A DNA stretch of 63,917 nt, the filler included, from Conidiobolus incongruus B7586 (taxonomy: Eukaryota): the NCBI GenBank assembly GCA_000697335.1. It is 25 parts of 25 records of this genome, joined end to end, with 100 filler letters (N's around TTAATTAATTAA, not from the genome) between each part and the next. Parts side by side here need not be neighbours in the genome. Positions count along the whole stretch, not along the records: positions 52,550 to 58,922 come from JNEM01003966.1; positions 59,023 to 60,705 come from JNEM01003967.1; positions 60,806 to 63,917 come from JNEM01003969.1; 22 more parts are not named here. One strand, 5' to 3'. Below the pieces are notes generated by a model. It saw only the letters and a list, made by a program, of their open reading frames with translations, searched no databases and was not told the origin of the DNA. The stretch's first letter is position 1; each line of letters begins with the position of its first letter. The translations under genes were made by a program, and so were the position numbers. This document shows positions 52,976-63,917 of the stretch, in pieces.

Positions 52976-53216
52976 AATTTAAATACTAAAAATATTTTAA
53001 TCAAAGAATTTATGATTTAAATCAAGAAATTTAACTAGTTTGTCATTGAATTAGAAATCACAAAGATGTAAGTGGTATAATATAATTAAAAATATAGAAA
53101 ATAGTATCAGTGGAGGAAGTAGTAATTTCTAATTATAATATCAAAAAATTATAATAATTTTTATGGTCAAAGATTATTAGATATTATGAAATCAATTGAG
53201 AGAGTTGACATGGTCA

Positions 53217-54703
53217 TTAATTGTTAGCGTTTTCTTCAGGTAGCTTCTTCTTGCCTCTAAGGGTGAGACGCTTGAATAATTTCCTGATGGTACCGCCACT
53301 CGATTTGGTTGTTGACTGCGATTCTTTGGAGGGGGTAGAGTCCAATTTGTCGCCATCAGCATTGGATGTTTCGGCCTGAGGCTCCTCTTCCTTTTTAGCT
53401 TCTTCGTCAGCTCCTTCAGTAACTACAGTTCCAGTGGGGACTGCATCTGGGTTGATTGCTTCAGCAGGCGCTTCTTCAGCAGCTGGAGCACTTGTTTCCT
53501 CAGGCTTAGCTTCCTCAGGCTTGGCTTCTCCAGCTTCTTCCTCTTTGGCATTCTCTTTAGCTTCCTTGAATTCTTCATTTGCAGCTTTGCTAGCGGCCTT
53601 TTGGACTCCTTTCACTGCAGCAGCAGATGCTTTGTCAGAAAGATTTGAGCTGTTGGCGGGTTCAGCATCAGCAACGACTCCTTCCTCAGTCTTGACTTTA
53701 GTTGCAATATTTTCTGCAGCGGTTTCTCTGGCAGTTTCCTCTTTGACAACATCAGTTACTTCATTGGTAGATGCAGTTGCGACGGGAGGTTCGTTGGTTA
53801 CAGCTGGGCGACCTGCAACGAATCTAGCAACTGTTTTACCAAATTGTTCACCCTAAATTTAGACGAAAATATTAATCAATGATAATTTCAATAGTGATTC
53901 TAATATCAACTTACTTGAGCGAATCCAATTTCCAATTCCTCAGCACTAGCCTGACGTAAACCATCCTTTCCAGCTAAAATAGAAGCACCCCAGGGACTGC
54001 CACCCATAACTTTGTTATCATCATTCAAATGAGGTGAACCATATCCTAAATCAAAAAATTAGATATGAAACCACAAATAAGCAATTGATTCACTTACCAA
54101 AAGGCACAAAGATCATGCCAAAATGAGCTAAAGTAGTCAAAAAAGTAAATGAAGAAGTTTCTTGACCTCCATGCTGTGTGGCAGTGGAAACAAAAGTTGC
54201 AATCATTTTATTTTGCATAGCTCCTCTAATGATATGATGAATATTATTAAATCAAAACCAATGGTTTTACTTACTTGGCCCACAGTTGACCGCAAGCATC
54301 GATAAAATTTTTCAATTGAGCTGGCAAAGTACCAAATCGAGTTCTATTATTGTACAATATCAAAGTTAATCACCAATATAAATTTTAAATTTATAACATG
54401 AATATTAAATACTTACGGGTAACCGAATAAAATACCGTCAGCTTCTTGTAACTTGTCAGGTGTAATAATAGGAATATCTGGTTTAGGAGGTGCGTGCATC
54501 TTTTCCAATACTAACAAAATTAATATTAGCAAATTCACAACTAAAGAAAATAAATTACCTTCGGATGGTAAAGTCTCCTGAATTTGATAAATTTCAACCT
54601 GAACATTTTCTACCTTTTCTAAACCCTGTTTAATAGCTAAAGCCAACTGATAAACGTGAAGGTAAGTAGAATAAAAAACTATAAAAATTTTAGCTTGAGT
54701 CAT
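53217..54703 (-). CDS. Flavodoxin-like NAD(P)H:quinone oxidoreductase (WrbA/Pst2/Ycp4 family) with a long acidic C-terminal tail; 6 exons (54703-54559, 54510-54417, 54343-54275, 54225-54098, 54045-53915, 53852-53217), 400 aa
   Basis: Spliced translation gives VFYSTYLHV, QETLPSEVLEKMHAPPK, ADGILFGYPTRFGTLPAQ..FIDACGQLW, STATQHGGQET, AHFGMIFVPFGY, GGSPWGA and DGLRQASAEEL. Five GT-AG introns of 48-73 nt keep the frame into the 53217 ORF. Confidence 0.92.
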
Positions 54704-55429
54704 TTTATTCTAATACTAATTATATTGAAGTATTATTTGTTAAGAACAATATAATTTTTATAAAGTTTTATAATAATGTAATATTAATTTGTAATAATAA
54801 AGAAAAGATAAGAGACTTTGAATGTAGAAATATTATTAAAGGGTTAAATTTAAGCTCAATAATATTAAAGTTTCAATTATCTCAATTTAGTAGAATGATG
54901 TTCATTTCTTATAATCTAATATCAGTATCCTGAATTAGTTTTTGTGACTTGATATTGAATTTTGTTTTGATTGGCTATATTGGTGATATTTATCCAATGA
55001 AATCGATCCATTGATGATATGATGATATTTTTAATCGGATTGAAAATTTGTTTAAAATGACAACGTCATTGGATTAATCAACAAAAAGAGATAAAATGTA
55101 AACATTTGGTTTAAATAAAGTTACACAGTGTATCAATTATTTTTAGAATTAAGAAAATTTCATATAAAAATCTTCCTATGTATTTTGGTTTAAAATAGTG
55201 TTGATTTTAATAGTAATGGTAGTAACATCAAGTAATGGATATATAATAGTTGTTTGATTTAAAAGATTTTAATCAAAATAATTTTGCAACAAATTGATAA
55301 TTATTTGAATTTTCATTTCATGCCTTAGATGTTTCAAATTTGATTATTCAATTTGTTTTCAAAATTGTTGCAAATTAAAAAATGACATCATCAATATCAT
55401 AATTCAATTTTGGTCTTATATTAAAAATA

Positions 55430-55929
55430 ATTTCAAATCACTATATAATTTATATGATCTTTATCTAAAAGTAGAGATATTATATAGTTCTTGATTATCA
55501 TTGTAAAAATTAATATTAAAGCTTTGTCTAAAGAATATAGCTCAAAATAGACTTTGTACGCGAGATTTAGAATATATTTACTCCAGAAATTTTTGAATAC
55601 TAAATCAGAAAAAAATGAACGATAATATATATTCATATTATTTCAAATTGTGAAAATAATGATTTTATAGTGTACACTTCAAGTATTTTTCTATATTTCA
55701 TAATTGATGCAATTATAAAAACAATAGTGATTATAATTGAATATTAACAATTACAGATTTTAAACATCGAAGATATTGTAACAAAATTATATATAATTTT
55801 GAAGACTAGATATGTATTGAAAATAATATCATTTAAAAAATGATGATTATGTTTTAAACAGAATATGAAGTATATTTATTTGAACTTCATTTGGTAGATT
55901 AAATTTTATATATCAGCATTTTGAACCAT
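55430..55929 (-). pseudogene. Possible decayed F-box gene
   Basis: ATG at 55929, then FNLPNEVQINILHIL (F-box-like) in a shifted frame with stops. The 67-aa ORF at 55433 may be a downstream remnant. Confidence 0.35.
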
Positions 55930-56689
55930 TAATCAAGATAATTGATTTTGAATGAAATTTATTAATTAATATTATTGACAACATTCTTTATATATAATCA
56001 TTCATTATATATCTGTTTATATTAATTGAAATAATTTTTAAACCACTTATCAATAAGAAAGAAATATTTCATTTTATTACCATAAATATAAAAAGAAATT
56101 CAAATAAAAATATTATTGATAAATATTGATTTGAAATAAATATATTGATCCAAAAATTTACTAATTTATTAAAATTAAATTTATATTTATATGTTATTTT
56201 GATAGATAAATCTGATCAATTAAGATCAGAATTTGTGTGATATTGTGATTAATTATCAACTTGTTAAATTACTAATCTAAACTAAAATTTCACCTTTTTA
56301 TTTTTGAAATAAAAACAGATTGTATTTCAAATAGCTATATGTTATGATAAATATTAAATTTTATAAAAATGTTATTGATTGAGAATATTGAATGATCTTC
56401 TTTATATTAGATTGTGAAAGAAATTTGTAATACTTTTAGTGGCAGAGGTTTCATGTTTAAAAAGGTACCAATCCGAATTTTATTTAAACAAAAGCTCGCA
56501 ATTTGTCTAAATTAACTGAAAATATCAAATAAAAATATCATTAGTCAGCTTCAAAATTCTCGGTTGAAAAAATATCACTATTCATTAATAAGTTATCAAA
56601 AGCTTAATAAATGTTTCTTTGTTATATTTTTGATATTAATTTACCAGGAAATTTCATAATATTACTCTAGATCTTAACTAATAAGAATT

Positions 56690-57619
56690 GTTAGAAAATA
56701 TAAATAAATAAACATTCTGATATATAATTTACAAGAATGAATATATAATATAAAATCCATATTTTTTATTAATCACTTTTGCTATATTTTTAGCAAACTT
56801 CTAATAATCTATAAATGATTTTTTATCAAAGATTGAAATTTGATACTTTATAAACTGATTAATTTTTAAAAGATTTTTTTATAAGCTGATTTTTAATTTT
56901 TCTAAAATAATTATAACCACATGGGCTGTAATATTGAAAATACATTGAATATGGTAGCTTTTGTTAATTATTTAACTAGAAAATTTTTTTAACTTTAAAT
57001 TTATTAATTTTATCATTATTATATAAAATCCCAAATATTATTTTTAAATTAAAACTAAGCAAAAATAATGTAATATAAACTCTAAAATAGAATCTATAAT
57101 TAATTATTTCTTAAAAATTAAATAAAAATAAGTAATAATATTATATTCTATTAGAACAATATATTTGATTAAAAAACAAAATTTATTTATTTGAAATTAT
57201 AAAAGATATTAAGATAAAGTAATATTTTATTATATATTAAAGCTATTAATTATAAAAAAGATTTTAAAATTTATTAATAATAACTTATTTTGTATAAATT
57301 TTTTTAAATATATTACTTATTAATTAAAATAATATAGTTTTTTTATATTTAAAAAAAGTTTAAATATAAAATATAGGAATAATACTTTTCTTTATTATTA
57401 ATAACTTTTTACCATATTTTTGATAAATTTTTAATATTTATAAAAATATTTTTTTATTAAAGATTAAATTTATTTATAAAGATTTTTTTTATTAGCTAAA
57501 TTTTTAGTTATTTAAAACAATCATTATTATTAAAAATATAATCTAAGCAATATATTAAATATGGTAACTTATCCTAATAGTTTGTAATTATAAAATTTTT
57601 ATAACTTTCTTTATATATA
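56690..57619 (-). mobile_element. Two adjacent degenerate mariner fragments
   Basis: QKLPYSMYFQYYSPCGYNYFRKIKNQL at ~56885-56965, and a second KLPY..Y region at ~57540-57570. Confidence 0.6.
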
Positions 57620-58890
57620 CACTAGACTATAAAAGTAAGTTATAAAATTATGATTATATATATTATTATCAATAACTTTGTTAATTCTTAATCAAATTAA
57701 TCTAAATTAACATATATAATAAACTTATATTATTTATTTATAATTAAGTATATTTAATCTAAATATATTAACTTTTAGTTGATATATTAAAATTTAAATT
57801 TTACCTAAAATGAGTTATAAATTTATATATTTTAGTTATAAAAAGAAAATGAAAACTTAATATATCTATCTTTTGCTTTCCTAACTTCTTTAAGTTTATA
57901 GGGTATAAAGTCAACTAACTTTTTACATTAAAAAAGATTAATTTTGTTCTAAGCTTCTTAAATATATTCCTAAAGCTTATTTAAATTTTTTACTGGTGGG
58001 AAAACTTTAGCTACTTTTTTTAACTGATCCTAAAGGTGTTTAATTAGATTAAGGTTAGGGGATTAAAGAAACTACTTTATAACTATTATTTTATTATTTT
58101 TAAACCATTTGGTAGTAGAAATAATAATATAACAAAAGGTATTATCTTATTAAAAAATAACATTTAATTTATTTAACTTATACTATTCAATAATTTTTTT
58201 TTAATTTATTGTTTAGAATATTTTAATATATTTTAGTATATTTTAATATTAATTCCCTTATCAACTTTATAAAGATTTTTTATACTAAAAGATAATATAT
58301 ATCTTTATATTATAATTAACTTATTATTATATTTTTAGGTTAAAATAACATAATAGTTACAAAGTAGTTCTTTGTTTTTTCTAAAACATCTAGCTTTTTT
58401 ATTAAATCTACTAAGGTATATTTTTGTTTTATTAAATTAAATAACCTTACTTTAATTAGTTTTAATTTAACTTTAGTAGTGATATTTAAACTCCCACTTA
58501 ATTTTATAATGGGACTTTTTTAATTAGGGGTGTTTTTTCTTAAAGTGCAAGTAGTATCTATTATAATATAAAATATATATAATAGTATTAATATTAACTA
58601 ATATTCTTATATAGTCTTGTAATTTTTTTATATTTCTATAATAGTATTATATTTACCTATACTAATTAACTTATAAATATACTTTTTATTATATTTATTT
58701 ATAATCTTAACACACATAAGTTTAAGTTTAAATATATCTTTATTATAATTTTTAATAGCTTTAGTTATAATAAACTAGCTAACACTAGTAATTCCAATAA
58801 TCTTATAAATTGATTTACTTTTACTATAGAGTTAATTAATATATAAATATATCTTTTCAAAGAGGGATTTAGGTATTTTAATACTAATAT
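57620..58890 (-). mobile_element. Tc1-like element (subfamily B 3' end) abutting a mariner fragment at a TA
   Basis: Begins TA|CACTAG. The minus strand retains *SPNLNLIKHL*DQL. Confidence 0.88.
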
Positions 58891-59022
58891 TATTTAAAAT
58901 AATAATTTACAATGATAATATTNNNNNNNNNNNNNNNNNNNNNNNNNNNNNNNNNNNNNNNNNNNNTTAATTAATTAANNNNNNNNNNNNNNNNNNNNNN
59001 NNNNNNNNNNNNNNNNNNNNNN

Positions 59023-60472
59023 ATCATAAAATTATAAAAGGTTATAATAATTATATTATTGGTTGATATATAAAATTATAATTTTTAAATAGGTTAAGTT
59101 AAAAATTTATGGGTTTAAAAGTTAAAGGGGTATATAAAACAAAAACTACTTAAAATATTTTTTATTACATTATATAAATATATATATACTAATGTAATTA
59201 TTATAAATTTTTATTTTAAAAAATATTAGTATTAAAATACCTAAATCCCTTTTAAAAAGATTTACTTGTATATTAAATAACTCTATAGTAAAGATAGATC
59301 AATTTATAAGATTATTGGAATTACTAGAGTTAATTAGTCTATTATAGTTAAAATTATAAAAATTATAATAAAGATATTTCTAAACTTAAACTTAAATATA
59401 TTAAAATTATAAATAAATATAATGAAAGATATATTAATAAGTTGGTTAATATAGGTAAATAAAATATTACTATATAAATATAGAAAAAATTAAACAACAA
59501 TATAAAAATATTAGTTAAAATTAATACTATTATACATGCTTAATATTATAATAGATATCACTTATATTTTAAGAAATAACATCTTTAACTAAAAAAATCT
59601 TATTATAAAGTTAGATAAAAATTTAAATGTCATTATTAAAGTTCAATTAATACTAATTAGAGTAAAGTTATTTAATTTAATAAAACAAAAATATACTTTA
59701 GTGGATTTGATAAAAAAACTAGATATTTCAGAAAAAACCAAGAATTACTTTATAACTATTATGTTATTTCAACCCAATAATATAATTATTAGTTAAAAAT
59801 AGTTTAAAAATATATATTATCTTTTGGTATAAGGTATTTTTATAAAGTTAATAAAGGAGTTAATATTATAATATATTAAAATATTCTAAATAATAAATTA
59901 AAAACTATTGAATAATATAGGTTAAATAAAATAGATTTTATTTTTTAATAAAATAATACCTTTTGCTATATTATTATTTTTATTATAAAATAGTTTAAAA
60001 GTAATAAAATAATAGTTATATAGTAGCTTTTTTAATCTTTTAACCTTAATCTATTTAAACATCTTTAGGATTAGTTAAAAAAATAAATTTAACTTTCCTA
60101 TTAGCAGAAATTTTAAATAAACTTTAGGAATATGTTTAAGAAGCTTAATATAAAATTAATCCTTCTTAATATATGAATTTAGTTAACTTTATACCTTATA
60201 AACTTAAAGAAGTTAAAAAAGCAAAAGGTAGATATACTAAGTTTTAATTTTCTTTTTATAACCAAAACATAAAAATTTATAACTCACTTTAAGTAAAATT
60301 TGAATATTAATATATCAATTAAAAGTTAATATAATTAGATTAAATATATTTAATAATAAATAAATAATATAGGTTTATTATATGTTTTAAATTAATTTGA
60401 TTAAGAATTAACAGAGTAATTAATAAAAATAAATATAATTATAATTTTATAACTTATTTTTATATACTAGTA
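59023..60472 (+). mobile_element. Tc1-like element (subfamily B), near full length
   Basis: Leader, ATA CCT AAA TCC start (~59238), DNTFCY-type motif, KAKGRYTKF* end, TIR ending ctagta|ta. Confidence 0.88.
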
Positions 60473-60474
60473 TA

Positions 60475-60700
60475 AGTATTTTAGGTAATTATAATATTAG
60501 CTTATAAGAAAAATTTTCTATAAGAAAATTTAATTAATATATAAAATATTAAATTTGAATCTTTAATAAAATGAATTATTTTTAGATATTAGATCTTTAT
60601 TAAAAATAGAGCATAAAGTTAATAATAATAAAGAAAACAATTAAATATATATTACATATTTATTTTTATATATCATATATTAAAATTTCTATTTATTAAT
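60475..60700 (+). mobile_element. mariner 3' fragment
   Basis: ttttaggtaatta..tagcttataagaaaaattttctataag matches 31160-31210. Confidence 0.6.
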
Positions 60701-60829
60701 AATTANNNNNNNNNNNNNNNNNNNNNNNNNNNNNNNNNNNNNNNNNNNNTTAATTAATTAANNNNNNNNNNNNNNNNNNNNNNNNNNNNNNNNNNNNNNN
60801 NNNNNTAATAATAATAATAAAGTAATTTC

Positions 60830-61238
60830 CAGAATTTTTTAATTTTAACCTAATTAAATATCTTTAGGATTAACTAAGAAATGGTTGAAATTTTCTTATC
60901 AATAAAAATATAAATATGCTTTATAAATATATTTAAAAAACTTAATATAAAATTAATCTTTTTTGATATAAAAGATTAATTAACTATATAGCCAATAAAA
61001 ATAAAAGCAAATAAAAAAGCAAAAAGTAAATTATTAAGTTTTAATTAATTTTTTATAATTAAAATCTATAAATTTCTGATTCATTTATATTAAATTTATA
61101 ATATATTAATTAATATTTAATTTAATATACTCAGTTATTTTTTTATATTAGTTAAAAAATATATTAATTATATAATTAAATATAAGTTAATTTAAATAAA
61201 ATGATTTTAATTTAATGACTTATTTTTATAAGTTAGTG
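60830..61238 (+). mobile_element. Tc1-like 3' fragment with well-preserved terminus
   Basis: NLIKYL*D*L region and end atgacttatttttataagttagtg|ta. Confidence 0.72.
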
Positions 61239-62939
61239 TATATAATTAACATTTATTAAATAAATAATAACAATATAATTTATAAATATATTAACTTATT
61301 CCTTATGAGATAACAAACGATAAAATAAAATACTGATAATAAAATAATATATAAAGTAAAAATTTGTTAGAATATTGATACTAAAATAATCTCAAAATAA
61401 TAATAATTTTTAATTTAAATATTACATTTATAAACATTGATCAGTTGAAATAATATAGTTAAATATTATTTCTCTCTATAAAATTGGATTTGAAAATTAA
61501 AAAATTTATAATAGAAGTCATTTTTATAGAGTTTTTATCATTGATTTAAAAAAACTATTTATAATTTTTAAATTAATCCTTATCATTTTATTTTTATTAT
61601 ATTAATATCAAATTTATATTTCAATTAGTTATTATAAAAATAATAATAATAATAATTATTAATATTTTCCAATAATCCACAATATATATCATATTAATTA
61701 TGTCTTTTAAATATTCTATATGATCATGAGCAATGAGTATAATTTCTATTAAATAATAAGGTTTAAGATATCCTAAGGAAAAATATGGGTAAATATAATA
61801 ACACTTGATTTTCAAAAACTGAATGTTAGCCTCAGATAATTTGGGTAATTTCATGATAATCGAAGATTGGGGCCATATTAACATACCTTTTATAAATCTT
61901 AAAATATATTCATTTTTTACTTTATATTATTTAAATATTTGAATAAATTTTAATACAAATCATATCTAACATCATTTTCTGGCTAAAATGTTTCAAATAT
62001 TACTATTACTCAAATTTATTAACGAATTGGTAATTTATTTATAGAATTAAATGTGACAATTGTATCAATTAGAATAATGTAAAATGTTTAATAACAAGAG
62101 TAATTTAAATTGGATAAATATGTAAGATTTATTAACAATTCATTTATTGAAACTATATTATTGGTAATCATTTGGATAATTATTATATATTATTTGGTTG
62201 ACAAGAAATATGGTCATATATTATTAATTAATGGATGATTTGCTAAATAATAATGTTTGATTATCAAATTAGTATTCACTATAAACATCAAATCTATAGA
62301 TTGTTGTAAGTGCCAATATAACACTATTTCCTTTATTAGCTTTTCATTTTAAACTCACAGAATTCGATAATACATATCAAAAGCTTATACTTATCAAAAT
62401 AAACAATCAATATAACTGATAATGCATTAATACTCTATTGTTAATAATTTTGAACTATTATAATTTAATTAAAATTTTTTCAACTTTATTATTTAAGTTG
62501 ATTTAAATAATTTTAATATTTTGTTATTCATAAATTCTAAAATATTATATTTTGAGAGGATTTGTTTATATTTTAGCTGTTTTTGAATACTATGTTTTAG
62601 TAATATACATATTAAAAATGATGAAATGCTTCTAATATCGTGTTAAAGACTATTATACATATATATAATCTAGTATTGCATAAAAATGTTAGATCATTTA
62701 TGAGAGATGTTGATTTGTATTTCATTGATTAAGATTTTCTTTATATTGTTTTATAGAATTCCGAATGTATCATATGCTAAACAAATAGAATTAAAAATAA
62801 TAACCCAGGTCCAACTTTCAATGATACTATTCTGATAATACATTTTAAAAAGCCAAAAAATTATTAAATATCTCATTTTTATTCACTTTAAAATGAGTAT
62901 TCAATTGAAAAATTCTACTGTTGTTAAAAACGATTGAGA

Positions 62940-63627
62940 TAAAACAATTGAAGGGCATCTAATGATTTAAAATTTTAAAGTCAAATTAATCGTCAAGGTA
63001 ACTAAATATTATTTCAAAGCACTACCTACGCAGGTTAATTTCATCAAAATAACTAAAAAGCTAGTTGACATACCCCACTTAATAAAATCTCTAAATTTTG
63101 CAAATCAAAGAATCTACTCAGTAAAAAGATAATTTTATGAGTTTTGAGTTAAAAAAACCAATTCAAAAATTTGATAAGTACTACTCAAATTAATTCTTTA
63201 TATTTGAGTTCTGAAATACAGGTTGGCTTAATGTATAATGGAAGGAAGTAACATTTCAGTAACCCGATTGAATTAATCAACAGCATCAATAATATCTAGT
63301 TCAAATACCATCACTTAATTGCATATAACAACCATTCCAAGCTCCCCTTCAACTATAATGTACAATGAGAAAAAATGCAGCCTATTCATTCATCTTAGAT
63401 GACATAGAGACGATGATTTAATCCAACACAAAATTAAAATCATTCCAATGGAAGAAGGCATTACCATTTCTAACATGCAGCTCAATTTGATTCAGATATT
63501 GAAATTCAAGAATATTTCCAAGAGCATTGATACGAGAGAAGAGAGACAAGAATATCCCTTATTCAAAAGCATAACCGACGTAACTGAAGATTTACCAATA
63601 CAAGAATTGATTCACATTCAATCTTAG
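62940..63627 (+). pseudogene. Unidentified interrupted coding-like segment
   Basis: GC content above background, with open stretches (VKVTKYYFKALPTQVNF..; HRDDDLIQHKIKIIPMEEG...LIHIQS*) separated by stops. No family recognised. Confidence 0.25.
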
Positions 63628-63917
63628 GAGATTAATGATGATTAAAAATTAATATCAAATATTTCCGGGGATCACTTCCAATGTGAGAATTATTTAGGAT
63701 TTAAAGTGAATATTTACAATAGAAATGATAGTACCTAATTTCTTAAATTTAATCCTTTATTACTTTATTTTTATAATTTTATAAATATTTTACTATTATT
63801 TTAGATATAAATTAAATAAATAAAAGAAAATTATTAAAAATTAATAATAATAGTAATAATAATAATAATAAAATCTTTTATATTATACATTATATTTAAA
63901 TATTTTATCAATATAAT

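Larger units (their letters stand above)
7805..60805. other. 24 artificial 100-bp scaffold gaps (44 N + TTAATTAATTAA + 44 N) dispersed through this span; first 7805-7904, last 60706-60805
   Basis: An identical 12-mer (stop codons in all six frames) sits at the centre of every N run. This is an assembly spacer, not biology. Confidence 0.95.

Noticed and set aside
53434..53856. 140-aa Ser/Ala-rich plus-strand ORF
   Set aside because: Antisense mirror of the Glu/Ala-rich flavodoxin tail.
61621..62300. 87-aa ORF and upstream Leu/Ile-rich fragments as a gene
   Set aside because: No clear start, many stops and an end in an ATT repeat; at most a relic.

Overview
Very AT-rich eukaryotic genomic DNA from a draft scaffold with 24 artificial 100-bp gaps (N44-TTAATTAATTAA-N44). 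Short GT-AG introns and the gene content point to a fungus, plausibly an early-diverging (Zoopagomycota/Mucoromycota-type) lineage; that placement is inference only. Small gene islands encode tRNA-Pro(AGG), a bHLH-ZIP factor, a variant tRNA-Glu(CTC), an F-box protein, a small secreted preproprotein, an M14 carboxypeptidase with a dead tandem paralog, an ElaA-like GNAT, a Zap1/ZafA-like 8-finger factor, exosome subunit Rrp42, and a WrbA/Pst2-type flavodoxin-like protein with a ~200-aa disordered tail. The apparently featureless AT deserts between them are transposon graveyards. They hold about 14 copies or fragments of a ~1.57-kb Tc1 (DD34E) element, about 9 of a ~1.3-kb mariner (DD34D), a nested solo-LTR-like repeat, and hAT, gypsy and pogo-like relics. 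Nearly all have been destroyed by C>T/G>A transitions while the reading frames stay largely colinear. This RIP-like hypermutation is the most striking signal. All alignments and consensus motifs were derived by eye, and TE boundaries are approximate.
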